Source of the DNA: a virus
Taxonomy: Duplodnaviria; Caudoviricetes
Direction: 5' to 3' (one strand)
IMG/VR virus record: IMGVR_UViG_3300032257_000080
Coordinates: 1-30,754 of that record
DNA: 30,754 nucleotides
In this document: positions 16,276 through 24,220 of the stretch, one piece after another
How the letters are laid out: each line of letters starts with the position of its first letter
Position numbering within the stretch: the first letter of the stretch is position 1
Notes under the pieces: model-generated
The model's database searches: none
Told to the model about the DNA's origin: nothing
Seen by the model: the letters and a program-made list of their open reading frames with translations, nothing else
Program-made: the position numbers and the translations under genes

Positions 16276-16466
16276 TGGGATTAATAACTAAAATGGAGTT
16301 AATACATCCTACTAATAAGAATAAAATTGTCAGGTTAGAAAAAGATGCTTATTCGCTTAATTTAATGGCTTGTAGAAATGGCTACCAATACTCAGGAATG
16401 ACAATTGATGAGGATATGCTACCAATAATTAAACAAATTATCGAAGACTGGGAGCGTAACCAATGA
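16272..16466 (+). CDS. Hypothetical protein
   Basis: Operon-packed ORF with GGGGGAG RBS. Confidence 0.7.
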   Translation: MMGLITKMELIHPTNKNKIVRLEKDAYSLNLMACRNGYQYSGMTIDEDMLPIIKQIIEDWERNQ

Positions 16467-16648
16467 CTAACCCAGATTTGAAGCCGTGTTGTAGCTCGTG
16501 TGAGAACTTAGGTTATGAGTCTCCACAGCCAGATCAGCCTTATCCTGAGATATGGTGCATGAAAGGTCATTTTGATTGCCCTAGCTCGTTAGATGAGCTG
16601 CACGAACCGATTAATTGTAAGGATTACACCCGCGAGGACAACAAATGA
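16463..16648 (+). CDS. Cys-rich hypothetical protein
   Basis: CCSSC...C..GH...C; overlaps neighbours by ATGA. Confidence 0.7.
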   Translation: MTNPDLKPCCSSCENLGYESPQPDQPYPEIWCMKGHFDCPSSLDELHEPINCKDYTREDNK

Positions 16649-17016
16649 TTAATATTACTGATGAAGAATTAAATGATTCGATACAACAATTGCAAATGCT
16701 TTTGTATAAGGTTTCTGACGTTGAAGACATTTCTGTATACGCCCCTGTTCTAAAAAAACTTATCGCAGAACACGAAGCCACGAGAGGTATGGAATGGGTT
16801 AGCGTTGATGAGCAGATGCCTCCTATAGGTGTGCTAGTAGATGTATGTATAAAATTCAGCGAGGACGATTACGGAAGGGTTACCGATTGCGAGTTTACTA
16901 CTAAGTATGGATGGGGAAAAGATGGTGAAAGTCTTCATTCATATCTGGCTTTTGTTTTTATTGGAGTAACTCATTGGAGGCCAATACTACCACTACCTAC
17001 TGGAGAGAGTGAATGA
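16645..17016 (+). CDS. DUF551-domain protein
   Basis: EWVSVDEQMP...VTHWRPILPLP signature. Confidence 0.8.
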   Translation: MINITDEELNDSIQQLQMLLYKVSDVEDISVYAPVLKKLIAEHEATRGMEWVSVDEQMPPIGVLVDVCIKFSEDDYGRVTDCEFTTKYGWGKDGESLHSYLAFVFIGVTHWRPILPLPTGESE

Positions 17017-17225
17017 GCGAATTTTTGAAGTGTGTAATAGAATCTGATGTGCTTCATTTTAAAGATAACTTCATCAAAGAAAAGAAATACGAGATAACTA
17101 AAGCTGGTGATCTAGATGTAATAACTGCTGAAGATGGCGTTAAATATCCTGTTGATATTGGAAACCACAGTTTAATAGATATGGACATTACATTTAACTT
17201 AAAACCAAAGTTCGTGCCAGCTTAA
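17013..17225 (+). CDS. Hypothetical protein
   Basis: 70 aa, ATGA-coupled. Confidence 0.7.
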   Translation: MSEFLKCVIESDVLHFKDNFIKEKKYEITKAGDLDVITAEDGVKYPVDIGNHSLIDMDITFNLKPKFVPA

Positions 17226-17248
17226 CACCCCAACCATGAGGAATTGAG

Positions 17249-17482
17249 ATGGATATTTATGAAGTAGTAAAAAAATTAATAGGAGATGTAGAGCCGATTG
17301 GTGATTCAACTATCGACAGCATGACCTATGAAAATTTGCAGAAACTAACATCGCTTGCAGAGCAATTACTAACAGATATATGCCGGATCGAAACTGAATA
17401 TAAAAACAATCATCAGTATAGCATGAAGCGAGCGTCAGAGCATTGCGCTGGATTTTTAGATGCTAATGGTGTGCATGAATGA
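17249..17482 (+). CDS. Hypothetical protein
   Basis: 77 aa, GAGGA RBS. Confidence 0.75.
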   Translation: MDIYEVVKKLIGDVEPIGDSTIDSMTYENLQKLTSLAEQLLTDICRIETEYKNNHQYSMKRASEHCAGFLDANGVHE

Positions 17483-17504
17483 TTAACCCCTAATAGGTGA
17501 TGTG

Positions 17505-17684
17505 ATGACAGATAGTAGATTAGGTATTTTTGGCGATGGTATCGAAAGAGCTGATAACAAAAGAGAACGGGAAAGACTACTGTGTGAAAAACATAAGCGC
17601 TTCCCTTGCCGTGAATGCGGAACTAAGTATTATCCAGAGTGTGAGTGCTCTTTTTGTAAACCAATTAACCCACCCAACAGGTGA
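17505..17684 (+). CDS. Cys-rich hypothetical protein
   Basis: CEKH...CREC...CECSFC; AGGTGA RBS. Confidence 0.65.
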   Translation: MTDSRLGIFGDGIERADNKRERERLLCEKHKRFPCRECGTKYYPECECSFCKPINPPNR

Positions 17685-17889
17685 TAGGAGGCGAGACGAG
17701 ATGAGCAATCAGGTGGATGATCAAGTATTGTTGTTGTCGTTAAAATCAGTTCTCACAGCACTTGATAATCTATTAAGTGACTGTATCGACGATAATGGAA
17801 ACCTAAAGCAGCCTAGTAAACAATCTATTATGAAAGCCAAGGGCTACTTGCCCGCTAAGTATAGAAACGCATACAACAGGTGATAGGAG
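17675..17889 (+). repeat. Exact 16-bp direct repeat CAACAGGTGATAGGAG flanking one gene
   Basis: Copies at 17675-17690 and 17874-17889. Confidence 0.85.
17701..17883 (+). CDS. Hypothetical protein
   Basis: MSNQVDDQ...; AGGAGG RBS supports start at 17701 rather than 17530. Confidence 0.7.
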   Translation: MSNQVDDQVLLLSLKSVLTALDNLLSDCIDDNGNLKQPSKQSIMKAKGYLPAKYRNAYNR

Positions 17890-17896
17890 ATTGATT

Positions 17897-18088
17897 ATGA
17901 GTGAAATAAGCAAGACAATACCCTTAAAAGAGCTTGAAAGATTATACAAACTTGCCGATGAAGCGGTAAGCCCAGAGGTTACGTTTTCAGAAGATTATGA
18001 GAAAATGAAAATACAAGCAGATGATATAAAAAGAAATAATATTTTGATTATCTGGAATGCTCTTGGAAAATTAACTGACCACAAATAA
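17897..18088 (+). CDS. Hypothetical protein
   Basis: AGGAG RBS then ATG at 17897. Confidence 0.7.
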   Translation: MSEISKTIPLKELERLYKLADEAVSPEVTFSEDYEKMKIQADDIKRNNILIIWNALGKLTDHK

Positions 18089-18099
18089 AAAATCCTGAA

Positions 18100-18128
18100 T
18101 TGACCTAGAGCCAAAACAGGATTATTAT
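18100..18128 (+). promoter_or_regulatory. sigma70 promoter preceding the long non-coding element
   Basis: TTGACC-17nt-TATTAT; AATCCTG/CAGGATT inverted repeat brackets the -35. Confidence 0.7.
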
Positions 18129-18134
18129 TAACTT

Positions 18135-18540
18135 TATCGGTGACCCTACCAAGGTCGTCGAAAGTATCAGAGGTTTAGGCAAAATACGATCAACGTGTCG
18201 ATAAGACAATTATATATCATATTTTCCTAATAGTTCAACTAATCAATTAATCTCTTGAATACTTTCGTAGCCGGTTCCTGACCAGAGGGTTATATTCGGG
18301 CTTTTTTCGGCTTACTGGCAAATAGGATTGATTTAGAACAAATGAATAACAAATCTAGGCAATGATTCGCCATATCAACCTAGCCCATGAAACTCAGTGT
18401 ATCTGAGATGTGATTTGCTCAAAGGATTGAGTATCTGGTTTAGCCAGAGGGGGAATAATTAGTACCTGTAATCTAGCCTAGAGTTAGACCAGAGCATGTG
18501 GACATGTTCATGGGGGAAAATGGCAGTGTTATGTCTAAAA
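18135..18540 (+). ncRNA. Candidate large structured RNA (or structured origin region)
   Basis: About 470-nt gap without a credible ORF, with many nested complementary segments found by eye. Confidence 0.55.
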
Positions 18541-18558
18541 TAAACGAGGAGAGGAAAG

Positions 18559-18732
18559 ATGAAATCAGTAAAAGAATTGAAAGAAGAGTTAAGTAAATTT
18601 GAAGACGGTGATTTATGTTTTGCCTATGAGGGTGAGGTTATTGGCATAGTAGTAAATAGGGGTGATAGGCAAGGAGTAATTTATTGCGGTGAAGGCAGTC
18701 TTAAAGAGAGCGAAACTAAGATTATCGATTAA
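18559..18732 (+). CDS. Hypothetical protein (57 aa)
   Basis: Not in ORF track. MKSVKELKEELSKF...; GAGGAGAGG RBS. Confidence 0.75.
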   Translation: MKSVKELKEELSKFEDGDLCFAYEGEVIGIVVNRGDRQGVIYCGEGSLKESETKIID

Positions 18733-18756
18733 CTTAAATAAATAGGAGATAGGAAT

Positions 18757-19023
18757 ATGAGCATAAGAAATGAGATTTTAAAATTAACAGCTTTTACCGG
18801 ATTTGAAAGCAAAGCCTGTTATGCGATGGCGGAAGAAGCTGCGAGAATTGCTGAAAAGTATGTCGGCGAAATAGATGAAGGTACTTTTGAGCAAGCCGCT
18901 AGGCCGCTAATAAAATACATTAACGAAAACCACCATATTCATGTGACCGCTATTGTTGATAGTGATCATGCCGAGATATTAGAAGGCATTAATGTATTCA
19001 GTACTAAGGATTACATCAAATAA
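18757..19023 (+). CDS. Hypothetical protein
   Basis: 88 aa, AGGA RBS. Confidence 0.75.
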   Translation: MSIRNEILKLTAFTGFESKACYAMAEEAARIAEKYVGEIDEGTFEQAARPLIKYINENHHIHVTAIVDSDHAEILEGINVFSTKDYIK

Positions 19024-19040
19024 ACCAAGAGGATAGAGAG

Positions 19041-19241
19041 ATGGATATTTTAGAAAAACTGTATGACTTTAATACTGAATTAACAAATGACGCTAGAATT
19101 GAGATAGCAGAAAGTGTACAGACGCTAATGGAATTGATCGGAAATTTAGTTGAATTATGCGATGAAGAAATAGCCGACCCAGAGGATTGTTCAGCACTAC
19201 AGTCAGCTAAAACATACCTCAAGGAGAGCAATAATGGCTGA
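19041..19241 (+). CDS. Hypothetical acidic protein
   Basis: 66 aa, GAGGA RBS. Confidence 0.7.
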   Translation: MDILEKLYDFNTELTNDARIEIAESVQTLMELIGNLVELCDEEIADPEDCSALQSAKTYLKESNNG

Positions 19242-19827
19242 TGAAACTCTGCAACTACTAAAGGCCTTCATAGATGCCATGGGTTATGAGTATAAGATAG
19301 ATGTTGTTGACCCCCTTGTAACACCCGTCGAGGCGATCTACAAAGTCACAAAGAAGCCCAAAAAGCTCCGCGAGACTAAGCAGGAGGGGTATAGCGAGGG
19401 CTTTCTTGAGCTTTGGTCTATTTACTCGCTGAAAGGAAAAGGAAGTAAACAAGCGGCATTCAGGCAATACAAGGCGCGAATGGCAGAGACAACCGATAAA
19501 AATTATTATCATAGTCACCAGCAAATGAAGAGGGGTATGCATAAATATGTGTTTTTCATTAAAGAGACTGGCCAATATTCTATGCACATGAGTACATTTT
19601 TAGGCAGAGACAAGCACTATCTAAATGACTTCACCATACCAGATAGCGTAGTTAAGAAAAACCGAGTCAAGCAAGACTGGGAGACCATACCCGAAAATGA
19701 GAACCATATACTAGCTTTCATTGAGAAGCACGGATTTAAAAAGTGTACTCAGGGCGAGACTACCAAGCACGTTATAAACCGCCTTCGAAGTGAGATAAGG
19801 GCGAGAATATTAGCAGAGGAAAAATAA
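19234..19827 (+). CDS. Putative replication initiator-like protein (C-terminal-domain type)
   Basis: FLELWSIY..KG.GSKQAAFRQY...MHMSTFL...HY pattern resembles C-terminal domains of phage replisome organisers. Confidence 0.55.
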   Translation: MADETLQLLKAFIDAMGYEYKIDVVDPLVTPVEAIYKVTKKPKKLRETKQEGYSEGFLELWSIYSLKGKGSKQAAFRQYKARMAETTDKNYYHSHQQMKRGMHKYVFFIKETGQYSMHMSTFLGRDKHYLNDFTIPDSVVKKNRVKQDWETIPENENHILAFIEKHGFKKCTQGETTKHVINRLRSEIRARILAEEK

Positions 19828-19828
19828 G

Positions 19829-19966
19829 ATGGGAATATGGTTTGGATGGAGAGAATTATTTATAGATGTTAATGGTTATCCGACAGATGAAGAAACTGAT
19901 TGGAAAGCTAGTTGTTTTATATTTTTTACGCATGTGATTTATATTGGAGAGGTAAAGCCAGCATGA
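19829..19966 (+). CDS. Hypothetical protein (45 aa)
   Basis: Not in ORF track. MGIWFGWRELF...; GAGGA RBS and ATGA overlap with next gene. Confidence 0.6.
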   Translation: MGIWFGWRELFIDVNGYPTDEETDWKASCFIFFTHVIYIGEVKPA

Positions 19967-20166
19967 AAAGATTCAAAGATACTGAAATAGCGTTATCCAA
20001 AGACGATCTTCAAGCAATATTAAGCGACTGGCTTAATGATGATGTTTTATCGTTTTCAACACAATATCAATTTATAACAGACATGAAAATAAAAGGTGAA
20101 AATAAATATGTAATTAGATTTGCGGTATCAACAGAAAAACCAGACATTAACCCAACCAATAACTAA
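19963..20166 (+). CDS. Hypothetical protein
   Basis: GAGGT RBS supports start at 19963. Confidence 0.7.
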   Translation: MKRFKDTEIALSKDDLQAILSDWLNDDVLSFSTQYQFITDMKIKGENKYVIRFAVSTEKPDINPTNN

Positions 20167-20177
20167 TAGGTGATGAG

Positions 20178-20381
20178 ATGGATATAGCAGATTTAGAAAA
20201 AAGACTAGCAAATACAGAGGCCGCTTTGATTGCGCTTTGGTCATTAACAAAAGACACAATGCCGCAAGAAGTTTTCAATAACACAGATAATATGATGAAT
20301 GAATATTTTGATGCTAATGAAAGCTATGGCTCAAATTTCAATATTAGAAATGGATTTAAGCATAAAGCCAGTAACCCCTAA
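20178..20381 (+). CDS. Hypothetical protein
   Basis: 67 aa, AGGTGA RBS. Confidence 0.7.
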   Translation: MDIADLEKRLANTEAALIALWSLTKDTMPQEVFNNTDNMMNEYFDANESYGSNFNIRNGFKHKASNP

Positions 20382-20400
20382 CCATTAAGCAGAGGTAGAT

Positions 20401-20598
20401 ATGAATGACAAAGATTTGACCGAATCTGAATTAGATCAATTAATCAGTAACGATATGCAATGTATTTCATTGATGATGCTGAGCGCTAAAAAATATTCAT
20501 TGTTAACAGAAGTTATTTATAGCTATGGTCTTGCGATGGCATCACATGGCAATGTGCCAAGAGCAGTCAATCAAGCCCTGATGGAATGGGATATTTAA
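20401..20598 (+). CDS. Hypothetical protein
   Basis: 65 aa, GAGGT RBS. Confidence 0.7.
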   Translation: MNDKDLTESELDQLISNDMQCISLMMLSAKKYSLLTEVIYSYGLAMASHGNVPRAVNQALMEWDI

Positions 20599-20617
20599 CC
20601 AACCAATAAGAGAGAAG

Positions 20618-20785
20618 ATGATGGATATAGAAAAGGTAAAAAGAGAGGTAATCGAAGCAATGTTAAGCGCCCCACCAAAAGACGGCAAATGTCATTGTGA
20701 TATGCGAACCAAGTTAGTTGGCGATGGCTGTAGTGTATGCAACCCAGAGTATTACGCTGAAATGATGGAAGATGAGACCGATTAA
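20618..20785 (+). CDS. Small Cys-motif protein (55 aa)
   Basis: Not in ORF track. ...CHCDMRTKLVGDGCSVCNPE... Confidence 0.65.
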   Translation: MMDIEKVKREVIEAMLSAPPKDGKCHCDMRTKLVGDGCSVCNPEYYAEMMEDETD

Positions 20786-20836
20786 CAAACCCAATACAAC
20801 CAGAGGGAATGATAGGTATTTACAATAGATAAACGG

Positions 20837-20865
20837 TTGATTATCGGAATCCGATAGAGTAGGAT
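20837..20865 (+). promoter_or_regulatory. sigma70 promoter with palindromic operator in its spacer
   Basis: TTGATT-17nt-TAGGAT containing TATCGGA-A-TCCGATA (20842-20856). Confidence 0.7.
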
Positions 20866-20890
20866 GTAGTTATTGAATAGGAGAATAGAG

Positions 20891-21118
20891 ATGAAATATT
20901 ATTTTTTTGGAGCATTATTTTTTGTTTTATCTGCATGCGATCATATTGTTCTTGATAATGACGAGCTCATTATTCATAGCGCTAAAGAAATCGAATCTGG
21001 TGTCAGGAAATACGAATACTCCATTAAAGATGGTAGTGATATCGGATGGGTATTAAAAACAAATAAAAAATTCTCTGTTGGTGATACTTTGATTTTTATT
21101 AAAGTTGACAAGGATTAA
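20891..21118 (+). CDS. Putative lipoprotein
   Basis: MKYYFFGALFFVLSAC: basic n-region, hydrophobic h-region, lipobox LSAC; AGGAG RBS. Confidence 0.7.
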   Translation: MKYYFFGALFFVLSACDHIVLDNDELIIHSAKEIESGVRKYEYSIKDGSDIGWVLKTNKKFSVGDTLIFIKVDKD

Positions 21119-21119
21119 C

Positions 21120-21317
21120 ATGCCTAAATCAAAACAACAAATCGACGCTGATCATTACAAGAAGAAAAAAGAAGGCGGCTGGTTCAAGTTCAGTAAATGG
21201 GTACACAAGGACAAGATCGAGCCTATTACTGAGAAAGAGATAATTGCATTCGCTAACGCTAAGACCGACAAGCGTGAGTTAATTAACTCCGTTGATGATA
21301 AGAGAGAGGGGAAATAA
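21120..21317 (+). CDS. Small basic putative DNA-binding protein
   Basis: MPKSKQQIDADHYKKKKEGGWFKFSKWVH, similar in pattern to small ribbon-helix-type phage regulators. Confidence 0.55.
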   Translation: MPKSKQQIDADHYKKKKEGGWFKFSKWVHKDKIEPITEKEIIAFANAKTDKRELINSVDDKREGK

Positions 21318-21319
21318 CA

Positions 21320-22462
21320 GTGGAATTACAAACAAAATTAATTATAGATACAATAAAACAAACAGGGAAAAATATTTCTGAACTTTCTCTTGATGAGAAG
21401 GTGAGCGCCATTAATGAAATAAAATTGTTTTTACATGAAATAAGCCCTTTTAGCTCAGAGCCGGTTGATTGCGTTATTTGGGAGAAATCTGACAGCGTAG
21501 TTGCTAACCAGTATAACCCTAATAAAGTAGCTCCACCTGAAATGGAATTGCTTGAAATTTCCATTATGAATGATGGATACACTCAGCCAATTGTTACTTA
21601 TCCGCATGATGATGTATCAGAAGTTGTGGATGGATTCCATAGGTCGAGAGTCGGAAAAGAATCAAAAGTTGTTAGTGAGAGAGTTAAGGGTTATTTGCCG
21701 GTAGTTTCGATTCGTAAAGAACAAACCAATAAAAACGACCGTATAGCATCGACTATTAGGCACAACCGAGCACGAGGAAAGCATCAAATAGATGCTATGT
21801 CTGAAATTGTTATTGAGCTAAAAAACAGGAACTGGACTAATACGCGAGTTGCTAGAGAGCTTGGCATGGACGAGGAAGAGGTGCTTCGATTATGTCAGAT
21901 TACCGGATTAGAGTATTTATTCTCTGATGCCGATTTCTCTGCCGCATGGGAAAGCGACGATACTGAGACTGGGTTTGAAGAATTATCCGATGAATTATCC
22001 GATGAAGAAATGGATGTAAGAATACCGCATAAAGAAGATACTGAACGGGTTATGCACACATACGACAAATGGGAATGTCATAAGGCCGGATTTTATGCGA
22101 GTAAATTCGATGGTATGACAAAGAATGAGTGCGAACAGGCGTACGCTGATTTTCTTTCCGATAGCGATAAGTTTTCCAACGCGCTAGATAAATTAACAAA
22201 TGAGTGGAAGTATTCATGCGAGCATTACCTGAGTAATCGTGCAATGAATAGGATTGCATGGCTAGGACAAGCAGCAATGTGTTATGCAACAGGAATTCCA
22301 AGTGTTTATTGCTCTGGATATAACCGTCTAACTAGAGAACAGCAAGAAGAGGCTGACAGCGTTGCGTTGAAGTATCTTAATAAATGGCGCGAAAACAACA
22401 ACATGAACACACTGGAAATGGATGAGGCGCTATCATCTGGCAGACAAGTGGAGATTTACTAA
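21320..22462 (+). CDS. ibrB: IbrB-like ParB/Srx-domain protein with extra C-terminal domain
   Basis: ANQYNPNKVAPPEMELLEISIMNDGYTQPIV, VVDGFHR, ASTIRHNRARGKH motifs; acidic linker then ~140-aa extension. Confidence 0.88.
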   Translation: MELQTKLIIDTIKQTGKNISELSLDEKVSAINEIKLFLHEISPFSSEPVDCVIWEKSDSVVANQYNPNKVAPPEMELLEISIMNDGYTQPIVTYPHDDVSEVVDGFHRSRVGKESKVVSERVKGYLPVVSIRKEQTNKNDRIASTIRHNRARGKHQIDAMSEIVIELKNRNWTNTRVARELGMDEEEVLRLCQITGLEYLFSDADFSAAWESDDTETGFEELSDELSDEEMDVRIPHKEDTERVMHTYDKWECHKAGFYASKFDGMTKNECEQAYADFLSDSDKFSNALDKLTNEWKYSCEHYLSNRAMNRIAWLGQAAMCYATGIPSVYCSGYNRLTREQQEEADSVALKYLNKWRENNNMNTLEMDEALSSGRQVEIY

Positions 22463-23679
22463 TGACTGCTAAAAAGTATTTAAATATCAGTGTTTATCAG
22501 GCCGCTAAAAAGCGTATTGAATTATCATTCGATAACTTTGAAAAGATTTATATTTCGTTTTCTGGTGGAAAGGATAGTTCTGTGATGACTCATATGGTAC
22601 TGGATGAAGCAAAGAAAAGAGGCAGGAAGGTTGGCTTGCTTATAATTGATCTTGAAGCACAATACCATGACACGATAGAGCATATTCATCAGATGGTTGA
22701 AATGTATAAAGACAATATTGATTTACACTGGATATGCGCAGAGATGCTTTTGAGAAATGCAGTTAGTAATTTTGAGCCTCGCTGGATTTGCTGGGATGAA
22801 GAAAAAAAAGATATATGGGTTAGGGAAAAGCCAGAATTAGCAGCCGATATGAGTCAATATGATTTCTTTCAGCCAAAGATGGAATTTGAAGAGTTTATGG
22901 TTTTATTTGGTAAGTGGTATTCGCAAGGAAAAGATACGGCGGCAATGATTGGTATCAGGTCAGATGAAAGCTTGCACCGTTATCGCGCCATTGTTAGCCA
23001 GAAGAATGGGTTAATGTATAACGATTGGAAATGGACAACCAAGGTATCAAAAAATCTTTTTAATGTTTACCCTGTATACGATTGGAAAACTGAAGATATT
23101 TGGATATATCACGGCAAAAACAAACATTTGCCGCATAATAAGGTATATGACCAAATGACAAAGGCGGGTGTTAAATTAAGTCAACAGAGATTGTGTCAAC
23201 CTTATGGAGATGACCAAAGACGAGGATTATGGTTGTATCATATTCTTGAGCCGATGACTTGGTATAAGCTCATAGAGCGCGTTAACGGTGTAAATTCAGG
23301 CGCGTTATACATTCAAGAAAATGGGAATATGACAGGCTACCATTCAATAACAAAGCCAGAGGATCATACATGGAAAAGTTTTTGTAATTTGTTACTAGCG
23401 ACAATGCCTAAAAAGACATCAGAGCATTATAAAAAAAGATTTAAAAAATTTATAGCTGGGTGGAAATTAAGAGGCTATGACAAGATTCCAGATGAAGCTC
23501 CTCATGATCTTGAGCGCAAATGCTGGGCTCCGTCTTGGCGAAGAATGTGCCGTTCTTTATTGCGTAATGATTACTGGTGTAAGGGACTTGGCCAGACACA
23601 GCCAAAGTCAGAAGCCTATGAGAAATTTAAAGCAATTAAACATAAGCGAAAATTAGAAGCGGAGATAGAAAATGGATAA
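22462..23679 (+). CDS. ibrA: IbrA-like PAPS-reductase-fold (PP-loop) protein, DUF3440
   Basis: SFSGGKDS PP-loop, GIRSDESLHR, YPVYDWKTEDIW, RLCQPYG, PSWRRMCRSLLRNDYWCKGL. Confidence 0.9.
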   Translation: MTAKKYLNISVYQAAKKRIELSFDNFEKIYISFSGGKDSSVMTHMVLDEAKKRGRKVGLLIIDLEAQYHDTIEHIHQMVEMYKDNIDLHWICAEMLLRNAVSNFEPRWICWDEEKKDIWVREKPELAADMSQYDFFQPKMEFEEFMVLFGKWYSQGKDTAAMIGIRSDESLHRYRAIVSQKNGLMYNDWKWTTKVSKNLFNVYPVYDWKTEDIWIYHGKNKHLPHNKVYDQMTKAGVKLSQQRLCQPYGDDQRRGLWLYHILEPMTWYKLIERVNGVNSGALYIQENGNMTGYHSITKPEDHTWKSFCNLLLATMPKKTSEHYKKRFKKFIAGWKLRGYDKIPDEAPHDLERKCWAPSWRRMCRSLLRNDYWCKGLGQTQPKSEAYEKFKAIKHKRKLEAEIENG

Positions 23680-24016
23680 TTTAGAAAAAATTACTTCCGA
23701 TTTATTAGTGTTTCGTGATGATAGGAATTGGGGTCAATTTCACACCCCTAAGAATTTAATTATGGCTATCAATGGCGAAAGCGGCGAATTAAGCAGCCTT
23801 TGTCAATGGGTTAATAATTCCGAGATATACGAAAATATTGAATTAAGGAATGATGTTTTATTAGAGATGGCTGATATTTTCATTTATTTGATAAATCTAT
23901 CTATCGTTTTAAATGTTGATCTGGTTGATATCGCAAATATCAAAATTGAAGAAAACGAAAAAAGATATCCCGTTGATTTGTGCTATGGGGCTAATACTAA
24001 AGCAGATAAGTTGTGA
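23672..24016 (+). CDS. mazG: MazG-like nucleotide pyrophosphohydrolase
   Basis: FRDDRNWGQFHTPKNL...ESGEL...EMADIFIYL...NEKRYP. Confidence 0.88.
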   Translation: MDNLEKITSDLLVFRDDRNWGQFHTPKNLIMAINGESGELSSLCQWVNNSEIYENIELRNDVLLEMADIFIYLINLSIVLNVDLVDIANIKIEENEKRYPVDLCYGANTKADKL

Positions 24017-24027
24017 GGAGCGAGATA

Positions 24028-24219
24028 ATGTCCCAGACTAGCGATATATTAAAAGCACTTAAGAAAGGCCGAAAGATTACGCCATTAGATGCGCTGTCAG
24101 AATTTGGCTGTTATCGACTTGCAGCGAGAATTGAAGAAATCCGGCGTTATCATACTATTGAGACTGAAATGGTGAAGGCTAATAATAAGCGGTTTGCCAG
24201 ATACAGTCTGGTGTCTTGA
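24028..24219 (+). CDS. Winged helix-turn-helix protein
   Basis: ILKALKKGRKITPLDALSEFGCYRLAARIEEIR...IET...ARYSL. Confidence 0.8.
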   Translation: MSQTSDILKALKKGRKITPLDALSEFGCYRLAARIEEIRRYHTIETEMVKANNKRFARYSLVS

Positions 24220-24220
24220 T

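Noticed and set aside
17530-17700. N-terminal extension of the 117-aa ORF
   Set aside because: Overlaps gene 17505..17684; a strong AGGAGG precedes ATG at 17701
18135-18540. Group I/II intron, tmRNA, or retron/DGR RNA
   Set aside because: It does not interrupt a gene, I saw no recognisable catalytic-core or tag-peptide motifs, and no reverse transcriptase is in the window
17222-20800. Linker motifs as integron attC sites or a CRISPR array
   Set aside because: TAAC follows stops but there is no matching GTTRRRY end or attC-type palindrome, no integron integrase, and spacing is gene-sized and irregular
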